From an uncultured Bacteroidaceae bacterium (lineage in GTDB: Bacteria > Bacteroidota > Bacteroidia > Bacteroidales > P3), in the NCBI GenBank assembly GCA_964542225.1, contig CAZITO010000003.1, positions 9,332 through 73,331 of the forward strand: a stretch of DNA of 64,000 bases. Reading direction: 5' to 3'. How positions within the stretch are numbered: the stretch's first letter is position 1; every line of letters starts with the position of its first letter. The notes beneath the pieces were generated by a model. The model worked only from the letters and a program-made list of their open reading frames with translations, made no database searches and had not been told where the DNA came from. Shown in pieces: positions 1 through 10,244 of this stretch. The translations under genes were made by a program, and so were the position numbers.

Positions 1-216
1 GTTCAGATGGTATTTTTCATCTGCTTTTTCCAAAGAATACGCAGAAGTAGTTCCTTCTATTATGTCTCGGATACGCACTACAGGAACATGCGTTTCTTCT
101 TCTGTAAATTGTTCAGTCGCAAAAGGAGAACCATATTGTACATTAACGGCATCAAATAATGGAAGTACCTCCCAATCTGCAGGTATTTCACGTTTTAGTT
201 TGTCATTCCAAACCAT
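1..216 (-). CDS. hsdS: Type I restriction-modification specificity subunit HsdS, first 72 codons only (gene runs off the left edge)
   Basis: Reverse translation from the ATG at 216 gives MVWNDKLKREIPADWEVLPLFDAVNVQYGSPFATEQFTEEETHVPVVRIRDIIEGTTSAY. The P-x-x-W...L, G-x-PF and PV-[IV]-RIRDI pattern is the typical start of an HsdS target-recognition domain. It is not in the ORF track because it is cut by the window edge. Confidence 0.65.
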   Translation of the reverse strand, partial: MVWNDKLKREIPADWEVLPLFDAVNVQYGSPFATEQFTEEETHVPVVRIRDIIEGTTSAYSLEKADEKYHLN

Positions 217-339
217 TTTGCCACCGCTACCGAAGAGGAGATGCTGGCAAAGCAATATATAAAGAAGAAAAAGAAGCCACAGTGTAAGCGTGGATTCAGA
301 TTGTGATAAATTATTGTCTAATTCTAAAATTTAAATGTT

Positions 340-771
340 ATGTACGACTACAAATCTAATTACAATGACTTGATTAGTGACTTCAATCTATATCTATGCG
401 AGAGATATGGTTACAGAAAAGAGTGCAGTGTTATGTGGAACGAAAACGGCATCTGCATCAGTATTCACAAGGGAAGTTTGGATATTTATATCCGCTTCTG
501 GGAGTACAGCGAAGGCGTAGGCAACTACCCCGCCTGGAGCATCATCGCCCGCTACGAGTTCCGCGATGAACTGCGAGAGAACCGTTTAGAACTCCTCAAA
601 GACCTTGTACGATTCTTCTAGGAGTATATGCCCCGCTACGGGTATAAACACCTCTGTACCGAAGATGATAACTACAAGTATTACCAGACACTCAACCTCC
701 CCTGTATCAAACGCGGCTTTATGGGCTACCACTGCAACTATGGAGCAACACTGAGAGATGTTGATGTATAG
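340..771 (+). pseudogene. Hypothetical protein interrupted by an in-frame TAG (619-621)
   Basis: The 93-aa ORF 340-621 is followed in the same frame by 49 more stop-free codons (EYMPRYGYKHLCTEDDNYKYYQTLNLPCIKRGFMGYHCNYGATLRDVDV) ending at TAG 769-771. The segment is G+C-rich relative to the window. I recognise no family. Confidence 0.35.
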
Positions 772-839
772 GTGATTCCTACTTAAATGACACAGGAGGG
801 GGTTATTGCTCTCATGTGCTGTTTATCAATGATAAAATA

Positions 840-1727
840 TCATTTACTATAATCATTACTATCAAATAGCGATTTCAATTGACGGTCGAAGTCGCTCATA
901 ATTTCTATATCTTGTATCACTCTGAACTTCTCATACTCCGTCAATGCTTTTTCTTCGGCTTGTTCGTGTGTAATACGCCCAGCATCAGGAAGTAAAGCTT
1001 TATTATTCAGTTCTATATATCTACTGATAACATCTTTCTAATTAGCCATTGTCATTAGTATATAATCTCTTGCTCAGAGTTCTGCCATATCTATAAAGGC
1101 ATTGCTCAAAAGATTAAGCGATTCAACCTCCTTTTCGCTAAGATAGTTTTTGGCTATCGTAACATTAGACTTGATGACTCTTCCATCTGGTGCTTTTTTC
1201 CAAGTAGTAAGCCCCATATGAGGGCGTTCTGCATCGGCTCAGTCATAGATGATTTCCGCAGCAGTCTGTTTAGTTACGGCATAGTGCATCATATTCTGCA
1301 CCGTCTTGAAGAATAGCTTAGTCGTTTCACTATCTTTATTGTAATCAGCACTACATTCGCTATAAATATTGCTGATTTTATGATAGTAACGACGCTCCGA
1401 AAGGCGAATCTCACGAATACGGTCAAGCAAATCATCGAAATAATCCGCTCCAAAAATATTCTTTCCTTTCAGTCGCTCATCATCCAATACAAAACCCTTT
1501 GTTAGGTATTCTTTCAAAATCTGGATTGACCAAATGCGGAACTGCGTCGCCTCATAGCCGTTCACACGATAACCGACAGCAATTACCACATCAAGGTTGT
1601 ACATCATAACCTCCCTAGACCATTCGTCCGAATGTATTAAAATTTTTTAATTGCATCGGACAAATGGATTTCTCCACTTTGCTCAATTTGTCCCAAGTGA
1701 TAGTTGGTAATTCAGGCACCATTCTAG
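840..1727 (-). pseudogene. RhuM-family protein gene, 5'-truncated, with three in-frame stops
   Basis: The frame reads ITNYHLGQIEQSGEIHLSDAIKKF..ILIHSDEWSREVMMYNLDVVIAVGYRVNGYEATQFRIW...AAEIIYD*ADAERPHMGLTTWKKAPDG...NYLSEKEVESLN...MAEL*ARDYILMTMAN*KDV...EYEKFRVIQD...*. This matches the remembered RhuM pattern (YNLD-IIAVGYRV, HMGLTTW, EYEKFRV). Stops are TGA 1239-1241, TGA 1074-1076 and TAG 1038-1040, all in one frame, plus a frameshift near 1650. The N-terminal ~35 aa are missing at the junction with the OLD gene. Confidence 0.75.
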
Positions 1728-3218
1728 CGTCCAGTGTTCTGCTATATGCCAACTAACGTCTAGATAGTTGGTCGTATCCACCTGTGCTGTGATATTCGTC
1801 CTCTTCTCCTCTTCTATGGCTGCATCAAACCGTCCGTCTTCATCATTCGGTCTTATGTCCAAATCCGTGACAATTGCCACTTTACAGCCCATGCTCTCCA
1901 GATTCTGCCTCATGAATATCTTGGCATAGCGCATATAGGCTGTTGACCCTACGTTGATGATACTCACTTCATGCGCTGTCAAATCTTTCCCCATTCCTTG
2001 CGCTATTGCTGGCAGAATAATTTCCTCTGCTCAGCCCTCTACAAGAATAATACCCTTTGCAAAAAACAAGTTTGCTTTGGTCACATCAAGAAAATGATCT
2101 AAAAATTCATAGTTACTTTTGTCTATCTGAGTATATGTTGGCCCCATAGGGAAAACCTTCCCTTCCTTGCATATCACAACCTGATTAAGATTATCTTCCG
2201 ATAATACTACCTTCGATGCAAGATTTGGACTATGTGTCGTGATGATAAATTGAGTTCCCTTTTGTTTCTGTATCGTTTCCAACACTTTCATCTGCGCCTG
2301 TGGGGGCAGATGTGCCTCTTCTTCCTCAACCAGACAAAGTTTTATTCCGTTCCATCCCGGCTTTTGCAGGTGTAGCAACTCTGCTGCCATGTATAGACGA
2401 TTCATCGTTCCCAGTCCAGGCCTTGTTGTTCCGTCTAGGTTCAGCGATAATTTCTCCAGTATTTCTCTTATATGAGACCCCGAAATTGAGAAGGAGGATG
2501 CCGTATCCTTTTGGATAAAACTACCAAGGAATCCGTCTATTACTCCTTTGATTTGTTCCTTGTTGCTTAATTGCCCATCTTCAGCTACTTCATCCTCAAA
2601 CCATTGTTTTATCTGCTGGTTTGCTGTAGCTACATAGTTTTCAAATAATTCCTTTCCATTTGCTCCCTTCTTAAACAGGTCGTGTCCTCCTAGTATCTGA
2701 GAAAGCCTACTGTATTTCTTAGCTGTCAGTTCGTTCTCAGCGTCGCGCAGCGGTTTCAAGAATGTTACTTTTAAGTATTCTCTGGCTTGACTATCTATTG
2801 CAGTTCCAGACTCATCCATTCCTGCTCTTATTTCACTAGGCATTGGTTTGTCATCTATCAGTCGCACACTATCTATCAGTCGCAAAATGGGTCTTGGGAA
2901 ATCACCATCCGTCCAACCGAGCCATTCTGTAAAGTGTGCCGCTTCGCTGTTCGTCAAGCCATCTATCAGAAGTTCTATCCTCAACTCATCAGTTCCTTCA
3001 TAGAAATCCTCTTTCACCCACATCAACCTTTCGTAGGCATGGGTCTTCAGAACCATCTTGATGGCTTCAAGTATCGCACTCTTTCCCGAGTCGTTTTCAC
3101 CAATCAACACATTCACTCCTTTTGTAAACGACAAGTCTAGGCTTGGGTGCTTCAGGTCTATATCACCCAAAGTCCCGAACTTCCTGAAATTCCAAAGTTT
3201 TATTTTCGAAAGGTACAT
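1683..3218 (-). pseudogene. OLD-family ATP-dependent endonuclease (ABC-type ATPase N-domain + TOPRIM), in-frame TGA and 3'-truncated
   Basis: ORFs 2031-3218 and 1683-1994 are in the same frame and separated by TGA 2031-2033 (...GIILVEG*AEEIILPAIAQGMGKD...). The N-terminus MYLSKIKLWNFRKFG...LIGENDSGKSAILEAI is the OLD/AAA_15-type P-loop. LVEEEEAHLPPQ is the Walker B/D-loop region. VEG-x-x-E and IVTDLD are TOPRIM acidic motifs. The ORF ends soon after HWTLEWCL, where OLD proteins normally continue. Confidence 0.7.
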
Positions 3219-3266
3219 ATTTTCTGTTGTTTATTGATACATATTGGAAGTGCTAATTCTATAGAT

Positions 3267-4690
3267 TTATGCGTACACAAACAAATCATCTGCAGTCACT
3301 TGTGAATGTATATTGTTCATCGAATATGAATTTTTCACAAGGCCGAAACTTGTTATCATTGTCAGGGCAATTCCTTTGCGAGTCTTTGTTAACTGACGGA
3401 ACAAAGCCGCCTTGTTGCGCAGATTCTCCATATATTTCTTGTCAATCGTATATGGACCATCAGAATATTTTATTTCACAAAGGTTTATTGCCTTATCACT
3501 GCGGTCAATTAGTAAATCTATCTGTGCTCCTGAATGTTCGTTAGTGGCAGCTGTGCGCCATGAATATTCGTTTGTGATTACGCCGCTTATGCCAAGAGCT
3601 TTCTTTATCTGTTCTGAGTGTAAGAGGCATACCCTCTCAAACGCGAGACCACACCATACGTTAAAGATAGATGCCATCTGTATTTTAGACCAGTAATTAG
3701 CATCCGTATTCTTCTTGCCTTCCATAAATTTGAAATAGAAGAGCGTGAAATTATCAATAAGCTGATAGAGGGCATTCTTTGTCTTAGAGCCAATAGCCTG
3801 GTAACGTCGGATAAATCCGCAATTTTCTAAATCTTCCAGATATTTAGTAAGTTGACCGTTTGTGGGGAGATTGGAATTAGTAATAATCTCTTCACGTGTC
3901 ATTCCTATCTTCTTTTTAGCCAAGGCTGTTATTATATCCAGATACGGCTCCGGCTGCTTAAAAAGCGATGAGTATAATTCCTTAAATTCATTTCCCAATT
4001 TAGGCGTTCTCCCAAAAAATAATGTGTCAATGTTTTGTGGGAGACTGAGCGACTTGTTCAGTAGTGACCAATAGAAGGGAATACCTCCAAATACCATATA
4101 TGCCCCCATTATCTCTTGCCGTTCTAGAGGCAAATTGATGCTCTTTGCATATAATTCGCACTCATGCAGATTAAACGGCTGGAGATGTATCTGATTATTC
4201 AGACGATTATGCAGACCTCCTCTGTTTTGAGTATCTTCTTCACCATCCATGATGTTGCAGACCCACACACTATAAGAAGAATATCTTTTCGCGCTGATGC
4301 CCAGGCATTCCAAAAGTTCTCAAAAGCAGGCATAAAGCTTGATTTTGGACCGTCCATCCATGGCAATTCATCCAAAAACACTACCTTTTTCCCTTCAGGT
4401 AGTCCTTCAAGATACTGCTCTAACATGTAGAATGCCTCAATCCAGTTGTTTGGGTATGAGCCTCCTTTGAATCCACGATCTTTAAGAGTAAGATAAAATC
4501 GCTGCAATTGCTCCTTTGTCGAAGCCTGTGCCATTCCGGAATAAGTAAATGCAAAGTCATCTTGAAAGACCTCCCTGACAAGATAGGTCTTACCAATTCT
4601 ACGGCGTCCAAATACAGCGACAAACTTAGACTCGCCTGAATCATAGGCCTGTCGAAGTTCTTGTATCTCTTTCTCTCTTCCTATCAGCAT
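3267..4690 (-). pseudogene. AAA+ ATPase (DUF234 / archaeal-type ATPase family), frameshifted
   Basis: The N-part MLIGREKEIQELRQAY...FGRRRIGKTYLV (P-loop)...VVFLDELPWM (Walker B)...CGSATSWMVKKILK continues in another frame as NRGGLHNRLNNQIHLQPFNLHECELY... The switch is at the T4 run 4225-4228 and is consistent with a 1-nt indel. A TATCTTTG -7 box lies on the minus strand at 4711-4718. Confidence 0.7.
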
Positions 4691-4728
4691 AATAGATTCT
4701 GTTTAGGCTGCAAAGATACGAAATTTTT

Positions 4729-4862
4729 CTTACATCACACAGCCAAATCGCATATTTTTACATCACTTTTGGCTATGTGATGTAAGAAATTCGGGTGCGA
4801 TCTGGCTCATTGTACAAAGCGCAGCAACGATATTTACTTACATCAGGCAGCCAAATCGCATA
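4729..4862. repeat. 19-bp inverted repeat (4729-4747 / 4768-4786, 18/19 match) plus a direct copy of its left arm at 4837-4862
   Basis: CTTACATCACACAGCCAAA ... TTTGGCTATGTGATGTAAG, and CTTACATCAGGCAGCCAAATCGCATA again about 108 bp further on. It lies immediately upstream of the -7 box of the DUF234 ATPase pseudogene. Confidence 0.6.
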
Positions 4863-5061
4863 CTTTTTAGGCACATTTGGCACCTTCATGGAAGTTATAG
4901 TTGGATTAGTTCAGTTCGGGCTCTATATATGCCCGATGAACTGAACCTATGATAGGGGCTGGGGAAAAGAAAAAATATTTCAACCGAGTTCATTAGAACT
5001 AGACTTACGCAACGCACAAAAACATTGCAAAAGATAGCTATAATCTGATTGAGATATATTG

Positions 5062-6075
5062 CTATTTGAAAGACAATGGTCTAATTTTCATCTCGTAGTC
5101 AGATGAACTTTTATCAATATACATTTCAAATTCAGCCAGCCCCTTTTCAAATGCAATTCGATGTAATATCTTTTTGTTAATATCTGAAATCCGGGCACCG
5201 TAATAAATCCCTACCGGAGCATACTTTAAGTGCGGATGCGAATCAAGCATGTTGTTTGTGTTGATTAAACGCCATTCTTTTTCATATTCCCAGTCAGGAG
5301 ATTTGTAGAGTGAAGACTTAATTGAGTCAAGCATATCTAATCTTTTCACTGGTATTCCGATATTTTTGCCCAAGCATGAGGCTAACAGGTTGGTTGCATC
5401 GAATCTTATGGATGAATATATTACTGGCATTACCATAATATTTCCTGAAGGACTACTTATAAGAGGTCTCATATCATAAGAAAGAGCAAAACCCTTATGA
5501 TAATCCGCATAATGCCCCCACATTGTTATAGATGAAATGGCTTCGCTGAAGCAAGCGAATGAGTTACTGTTACGTAGTTCCACCTCAAAAAAGTGCACTC
5601 GCTTCTTTTGTTCATTTACTATTTGTGTAAATTTATCCAGATCGTTAACATCTGGACTGTCCTTCGACTTCTCTCTTAGAGATGCAACCAGATTCTTCAA
5701 TAAGTCTGACGGAAATACATTTCTGATATGTTCCGGAATCTCATATCCTTCAATGAGTAATTGACGAAACACACTCATTAAAGAAAACTGACTTTGGGGG
5801 TCGGTATTTAGAATTGTCTCTAAACTTTGGGCAGTTAATAAGCTGTCGTATGGGTCATTGAAATCTTTGGCACGAGAGCAAAAAATTAAACCTTTATCCA
5901 ATGCATTAAGAGAATATTTGTTTATAGTGCGAAAGCGAAATAATAGAGGCGGCATGATTTCCATTAAAGTATTGCCAATTGGCTGTAAGTATTTAGCAGT
6001 ATCAGCACACTCTTCTGGAATTGTAGTATTTTCCAATAGCCTATCTAATTTATCCATATTCAATGTATTATTCAT
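5062..6075 (-). CDS. DUF2971 family protein
   Basis: 337-aa intact ORF. The central motif ITMWGHYADYHKGFALSYD matches the remembered MW-x-HYA...KG signature of DUF2971, a family common in defence islands. Confidence 0.6.
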   Translation of the reverse strand: MNNTLNMDKLDRLLENTTIPEECADTAKYLQPIGNTLMEIMPPLLFRFRTINKYSLNALDKGLIFCSRAKDFNDPYDSLLTAQSLETILNTDPQSQFSLMSVFRQLLIEGYEIPEHIRNVFPSDLLKNLVASLREKSKDSPDVNDLDKFTQIVNEQKKRVHFFEVELRNSNSFACFSEAISSITMWGHYADYHKGFALSYDMRPLISSPSGNIMVMPVIYSSIRFDATNLLASCLGKNIGIPVKRLDMLDSIKSSLYKSPDWEYEKEWRLINTNNMLDSHPHLKYAPVGIYYGARISDINKKILHRIAFEKGLAEFEMYIDKSSSDYEMKIRPLSFK

Positions 6076-6083
6076 ACTATTTA

Positions 6084-7505
6084 TTAGAACACTTCTTCTT
6101 TTGCTCCGTTGACGATTGCGTCTATCTCATCGGCGATTTCATCTGATGAGAGTTTGATGTAGTCCATGAAGGTCTTTTGTGTCTTGTGGCTGCTGACGTG
6201 CATCATCTGTACGATGGTGAATTTGTGGGAGAGATACATATTGGTAATGCCACTGCGCCGGGCGGTGTGGGTAGTGACGCAATCGTAGCGGGGCATCATC
6301 ACTTCCCCTTTGTCGTTGCGCTCTACCGTCAGTTCTCCGGCTTTCTCCTTTTCTTTCTGTTTCATCGTGAGCTTTGTCGGCACCTTGACTGCAAGTGTCG
6401 GCACTTTCTCGGAGAGGTCTTTCAGTATTTCCTTTATGTACCGGTTCAGAATCTGGTCAACCACCGAGGGGAGATTATACTCGTATTTCTTGCAGATGGC
6501 TTCGAGGTTAGGATTCATTATCGGAATTTTCACCTCGTTGCGGGTCTTTTGTTGGACAAGGCGGATAATCGGACTCCCTTTTGCGGTTGTAGTGAAATCC
6601 TCAGGCTGGATGTTATTGTAGTCGCTAACGCGCTGACAGGTATAGCAACAACCAACAAGGAATATATCCCTTACTTGGTCTTTAAGACCCGTCAGCTCCA
6701 TTTCCGCCAATGCCTGCAACTCGGTTTCGGTAAGATAGATTTCGACAGCCTTGTCGCTTTCCTCAACCTTGCGTTTGGAGAAACAGCTCAACGCACGGTC
6801 ATTGTTGTGCAGTCCGTCCTCGTATGCGTAGCCCACCATAGCGAGGAAGGAAACAAGATACTTGTTGACAGAACTGCCCATGTAGTCGAGCTTCTGAAGA
6901 TGGTCGAGGAACTTCGTTACCAACGCACGGTCAACATCCGCCCATGTCAACCTGTAGCGCGGGTCGAAGCCGTTATAGAGTTTTCGGAAACTGCTCCATG
7001 CCTTGCAGCTTCCGGCGGTATAGCGGTTGTTACCGTTCAGCCGTTTGCCGGATTTTATCTCATCGACAAAACGGTCAAGAAAATTCCAGATATTCGCGCG
7101 TTCAGTTTCAGCGGCTATGCGAGCCTTTTCCGCTTCTTCACGTTGCCTTGCAATAGTTTCGGCTTCCTGCAGACGGCGCACAATCTCGGATTTCTCAGGG
7201 TCGGCGATAGCCATTATCTCATGCTTGACTTTTTCGCGGTCAAATTCCGGAGCCTCCATCTCACGTTTGAGCATAACCTCGATACGACCGAGCTTGTCAT
7301 GCAGTTTCGGGTATTCCTTACGATGTCCTGCCAATGCGTCCTCGCTCGACACTGCTACTTACCACTCTGGCACCGACACTCGGAGCCGAGTGGTAAACTG
7401 GACATCAATTTTGCGTATAGGGTCTTGCACCCTTATGAAAAGGGTCGCCTTATCCTTGTTCTCGTCTTTTTTGAGTAGATAGAATCTGGAGAGAGTCTTT
7501 GCCAT
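6084..7505 (-). pseudogene. Tyrosine recombinase / integrase with one in-frame TAA
   Basis: The ATG at 7505 gives MAKTLSRFYLLKKDENKDKATLFIRVQDPIRKIDVQFTTRLRVSVPEW*VAVSSEDALAGHRK... in the same frame as ORF 6084-7352. The TAA is at 7359-7361. The C-terminal catalytic region has HTARRSGITNMY (H-x-x-R) and HKTQKTFMDYIK (candidate Tyr). The gene is G+C-rich relative to the window. Confidence 0.75.
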
Positions 7506-7533
7506 AATAGTATGTAATTTTAGATATAACTCA

Positions 7534-7675
7534 ATAGGTAACTTTTTGTCTATTGGTCGAGATTCTCAAAAGTTCGATTCCCGCCCGATAGGTAACTTTT
7601 TTGTCAGTTGGTCGGGATTTTCAAAAGTTTGATTCCCCGGCTGCAAAGATAGGGAACTTTTCAAAAGTTACCTAT
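7534..7675. repeat. Two tandem ~54-bp direct repeats (7534-7587, 7588-7641) plus an inverted partial copy (7651-7675), all starting with ATAGGTAACTTT
   Basis: The copies are ATAGGTAACTTTTTGTCTATTGGTCGAGATTCTCAAAAGTTCGATTCCC and ATAGGTAACTTTTTTGTCAGTTGGTCGGGATTTTCAAAAGTTTGATTCCCC. The reverse complement of 7651-7675 is ATAGGTAACTTTTGAAAAGTTCCCT. They lie directly upstream of the integrase and overlap a minus-strand TATCTTTG box (7645-7652). Confidence 0.7.
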
Positions 7676-7760
7676 AATTCTTGAATATTAACACCCGAAA
7701 ACAAATTTAGTTCAGTTTAATTCCTTTGATATATAGGATATTAGTATTTACTACCATTCG

Positions 7761-8309
7761 CTACGATTTATTACAATTCACCAAAAATGGTGCTGTTACA
7801 CCAAACAATTCTGCCATTCTCTGCTGGGAAAGCCAGAATGTATTGGTATCAAAGATGACCTGTACTTGAGCTTTGCCTCGAACCACCTTGTAGAGAAGGA
7901 TGGTTGATTCCATACTAAGAGCTACCACTTCGCTCGTCACAGTAGAAGAGAAATACTCATGAGCGACTTTCATCATCTCCTTATTTTGATCGGCATTCAT
8001 AGAAATAGCTATACATGCAGCTCGTGAAAGTTTGATGCTTATAACTTCACGTACAGCACCACTTCCAAGCTCTGACATTTCGGTAAACTCCACGAAGTGC
8101 TCTCCAAGATGATAACCCTTCTGTGTTACCCAAGCCTGAGCCTTTGCCATCACACGCTCGAAGTTCCAGTACTTCCCATAGCCCATCACTCGCGCCAGTT
8201 TACGCGAGTTCCATCACTCCTTACCATCAACATCAACTTCACGCAGTTGCTCAAAAAGAGATTGGAGTTCGGGTACGTTTTTATTGTCTTGGATATTATC
8301 TTTGCTCAT
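7761..8309 (-). pseudogene. DinD-like (DNA-damage-inducible protein D family) domain joined to a RhuM N-terminal segment; in-frame TGA, 3'-truncated
   Basis: The ATG at 8309 gives MSKDNIQDNKNVPELQSLFEQLREVDVDGKE*WNSRKLARVMGYGKYWNFERVMAKAQ...SIKLSRAACIAISMNADQNKEM. This resembles the remembered DinD pattern (W-SAR-L...LGY..Y..F...A). The tail ILLYKVVRGKAQVQVIFDTNTFWLSQQRMAELFGVT is a RhuM N-terminus. The TGA is at 8214-8216. The reading frame degenerates toward 7690. Confidence 0.45.
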
Positions 8310-8422
8310 AATCTTTATTTACATATTTATGTCACATTGAAGGCCCCATCATTCTTAGTATTTTTGATGCTTCCAGCATTATCTCAAACAATCCACTACT
8401 GTATATTAAAAACTAAAGATGT

Positions 8423-9697
8423 CTATAATATTGAATGAATATTTAACAGTTGCTGTTTTGCATCATCTATATCAAGCTCATTCGCCTCTGCATAATTTTT
8501 CATTAAAGTTCCTATCTCTTTAGGTGTTAGAAGATCTTTCTTGTATAAATAGATGAGCATATGGGAAATGTATGTTTTATATTTCATTACCATAGTCTGC
8601 GTCTTTGCATCCCATAAGAGATTAATCCAAGGCATCTCTGAAATTCTAAATTCAATTTTAGAGAAATTCTCTATTGCTTCATCTAATTCAATTCGCAACC
8701 TTATTTTTGTTTCGAATATAGCCTTAATTAACTTGGGTAATGCAACAGGCCTAAAATACAAAAATCCACCTATTTCCTTATTCCGATAATTTAATGCAGC
8801 TTTTTTATTATGGCAATTATCAACATATGAATTTACTTCGGGGAGTTTTTTAATAAAAAGATCCCAAAAGTTTAATAAGTAGCTATAAAAATCATCAATC
8901 TCCTGTTGATTAGGACGAAATTTGAGGAATTCAGCTATTCTTTTACCATTATAAATTTTCTTTTGGTGATCATTTTCAGACTTATAATAAGTATAAATTA
9001 TTTTATTAGTCTCATATAAAGTAATCAATGATGTAAATGATTTATCGTCATTATCAGCGAGGGCCTTGGAACTCTTCTTGTCAATTTTTACATTTTCATT
9101 CATAAAAAGTGGACAATTCTCAAGTAAGTCTCTTGTAGAAATGGCAACTACGTCATATTCATCAAGAGCAATAATATCTCCAAGACTTACAGGCTTAGCA
9201 TATCTATTTAAAGTTGAAAATATCCTTCTAGTTTTTTCTTTTCCATCTCGCGTATCGTGATGTCCAATGAAGATTACAGTAATAGTTTCATTTTCTAACA
9301 GGTGATTTGAGTTTAAAACGCTCGTAATTCCTTCAACTCGATGTTGTCCATCGACAGGAAATATACGTTCTTCACCATTAAGATGAAGAAACCCCATAGA
9401 ATAATGTCTGATACCGTTATACTCAAACTCTAACTCATTCCAAGTCTGGTCTCCATTATACACTGCTAGAACCAAAGCATTAAAGAAATGTTCCTTTTGA
9501 GTCAGAATATATTCAGTTATGCTTTTGTGGTTATCACTCAAAGCTCGTTGCAACTGTTCTCTTAATGATTTTGAAGTATGCAACTCTTCATCTGCAGGCT
9601 TGACTCTTTCTGCTATTTGTTTAAAGGTAAATGTTGCAGTATAATATGTTAATTCGCCAAGGGCTCCGCGAATAGCAGGTATATCAATGGCATTCAT
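8423..9697 (-). CDS. DGQHR-domain protein (DndB-like, ParB/sulfiredoxin-fold superfamily)
   Basis: 424-aa ORF with a literal DGQHR motif (ERIFPVDGQHRVEGI). An upstream QR-containing helix (LREQLQRALSDNHKSITEYI) and FSTLNRYAKPV match the remembered DndB/DGQHR layout. Confidence 0.8.
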   Translation of the reverse strand: MNAIDIPAIRGALGELTYYTATFTFKQIAERVKPADEELHTSKSLREQLQRALSDNHKSITEYILTQKEHFFNALVLAVYNGDQTWNELEFEYNGIRHYSMGFLHLNGEERIFPVDGQHRVEGITSVLNSNHLLENETITVIFIGHHDTRDGKEKTRRIFSTLNRYAKPVSLGDIIALDEYDVVAISTRDLLENCPLFMNENVKIDKKSSKALADNDDKSFTSLITLYETNKIIYTYYKSENDHQKKIYNGKRIAEFLKFRPNQQEIDDFYSYLLNFWDLFIKKLPEVNSYVDNCHNKKAALNYRNKEIGGFLYFRPVALPKLIKAIFETKIRLRIELDEAIENFSKIEFRISEMPWINLLWDAKTQTMVMKYKTYISHMLIYLYKKDLLTPKEIGTLMKNYAEANELDIDDAKQQLLNIHSIL

Positions 9698-9701
9698 ATA
9701 T

Positions 9702-10232
9702 TTAAAAAGCTTTTACAGTTTCTTTAACTTTATATTCTGTTAGGTCTGTATTAAATGGAGGCAGAATCGCCTGAATAAGAGCACTCTCACTCTGTTTAAT
9801 AAATTCATTATCCCTTGATTTGTAATAACGAATATATAAATGCTTCTTCCAATATTTAAATAATCTAACAATTCTTGTTCTACCATTTAGTTTCTCACTT
9901 TCTGGTAGATATGATTTTACACGTGAGCGTAAATTCTCTGATTCTGTACATCGTGCTCGTCCAATGTACGCTAGATAACGTTCACAAAAAGGTAAGCTAC
10001 AACCTTGAATAAAGAATACGTATATACCACCATAATCTTTCGGTAGATTTTTGACTTCATCTGACACCTTATTATCGTCATTCAGATATTTTATATAATC
10101 TGACCAATTCTCCTGAGAGTGAAAATTTGAAGTAATATGGGCATTTTTGGACCAGAGTTCAGGATGTAGATAATAGCGACAATCGTACTTCTTTATCTCA
10201 TCATTTTTCTCTACAAATGCATCAATATTCAT
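9702..10232 (-). CDS. GIY-YIG-like nuclease-fold protein (tentative)
   Basis: 176-aa ORF. It has YGGIYVFF (GIY), 14 aa later LAYIGRA (YIG), then LRSRVKSY (conserved Arg), and distal SESALIQAILPPFN (E...P..N). The order and spacing fit the GIY-YIG core. Confidence 0.5.
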   Translation of the reverse strand: MNIDAFVEKNDEIKKYDCRYYLHPELWSKNAHITSNFHSQENWSDYIKYLNDDNKVSDEVKNLPKDYGGIYVFFIQGCSLPFCERYLAYIGRARCTESENLRSRVKSYLPESEKLNGRTRIVRLFKYWKKHLYIRYYKSRDNEFIKQSESALIQAILPPFNTDLTEYKVKETVKAF

Positions 10233-10244
10233 ACTACAGATTAT

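Noticed and set aside
1683-3218. Gabija (GajA/GajB) or PARIS assignment for the OLD-family gene
   Set aside because: There is no UvrD-like helicase (GajB) or separate AriB-type partner adjacent. The ATPase and TOPRIM parts are in one (broken) frame, as in a stand-alone OLD nuclease, and the gene is truncated.
6177-7478. 433-aa plus-strand ORF (and overlapping ORFs 6310-6621, 6944-7156, 7027-7482)
   Set aside because: These are antisense to a clearly recognisable tyrosine integrase. They have low-complexity, Cys/Phe/Leu-rich translations typical of shadow ORFs in G+C-rich DNA.
7571-7590. A tRNA 3' end-derived att site (TTCGATTCCCGCCCGATAG resembles a T-loop, T-stem and acceptor 3' strand)
   Set aside because: There is no matching 5' T-stem, anticodon arm or acceptor 5' strand upstream. 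The second repeat copy diverges exactly in the supposed stem. No intact tRNA lies at either end of the segment.
1608-7760. A single RhuM-like gene split by insertion of the OLD/ATPase/DUF2971/integrase block
   Set aside because: The left fragment (ITNYHLGQIEQSGE...) and the right fragment (..AELFGVT.. then NILYISKELN in a shifted frame) both contain the same HL-x-NI..GEL region. They therefore overlap rather than complement each other, and are two different truncated copies.
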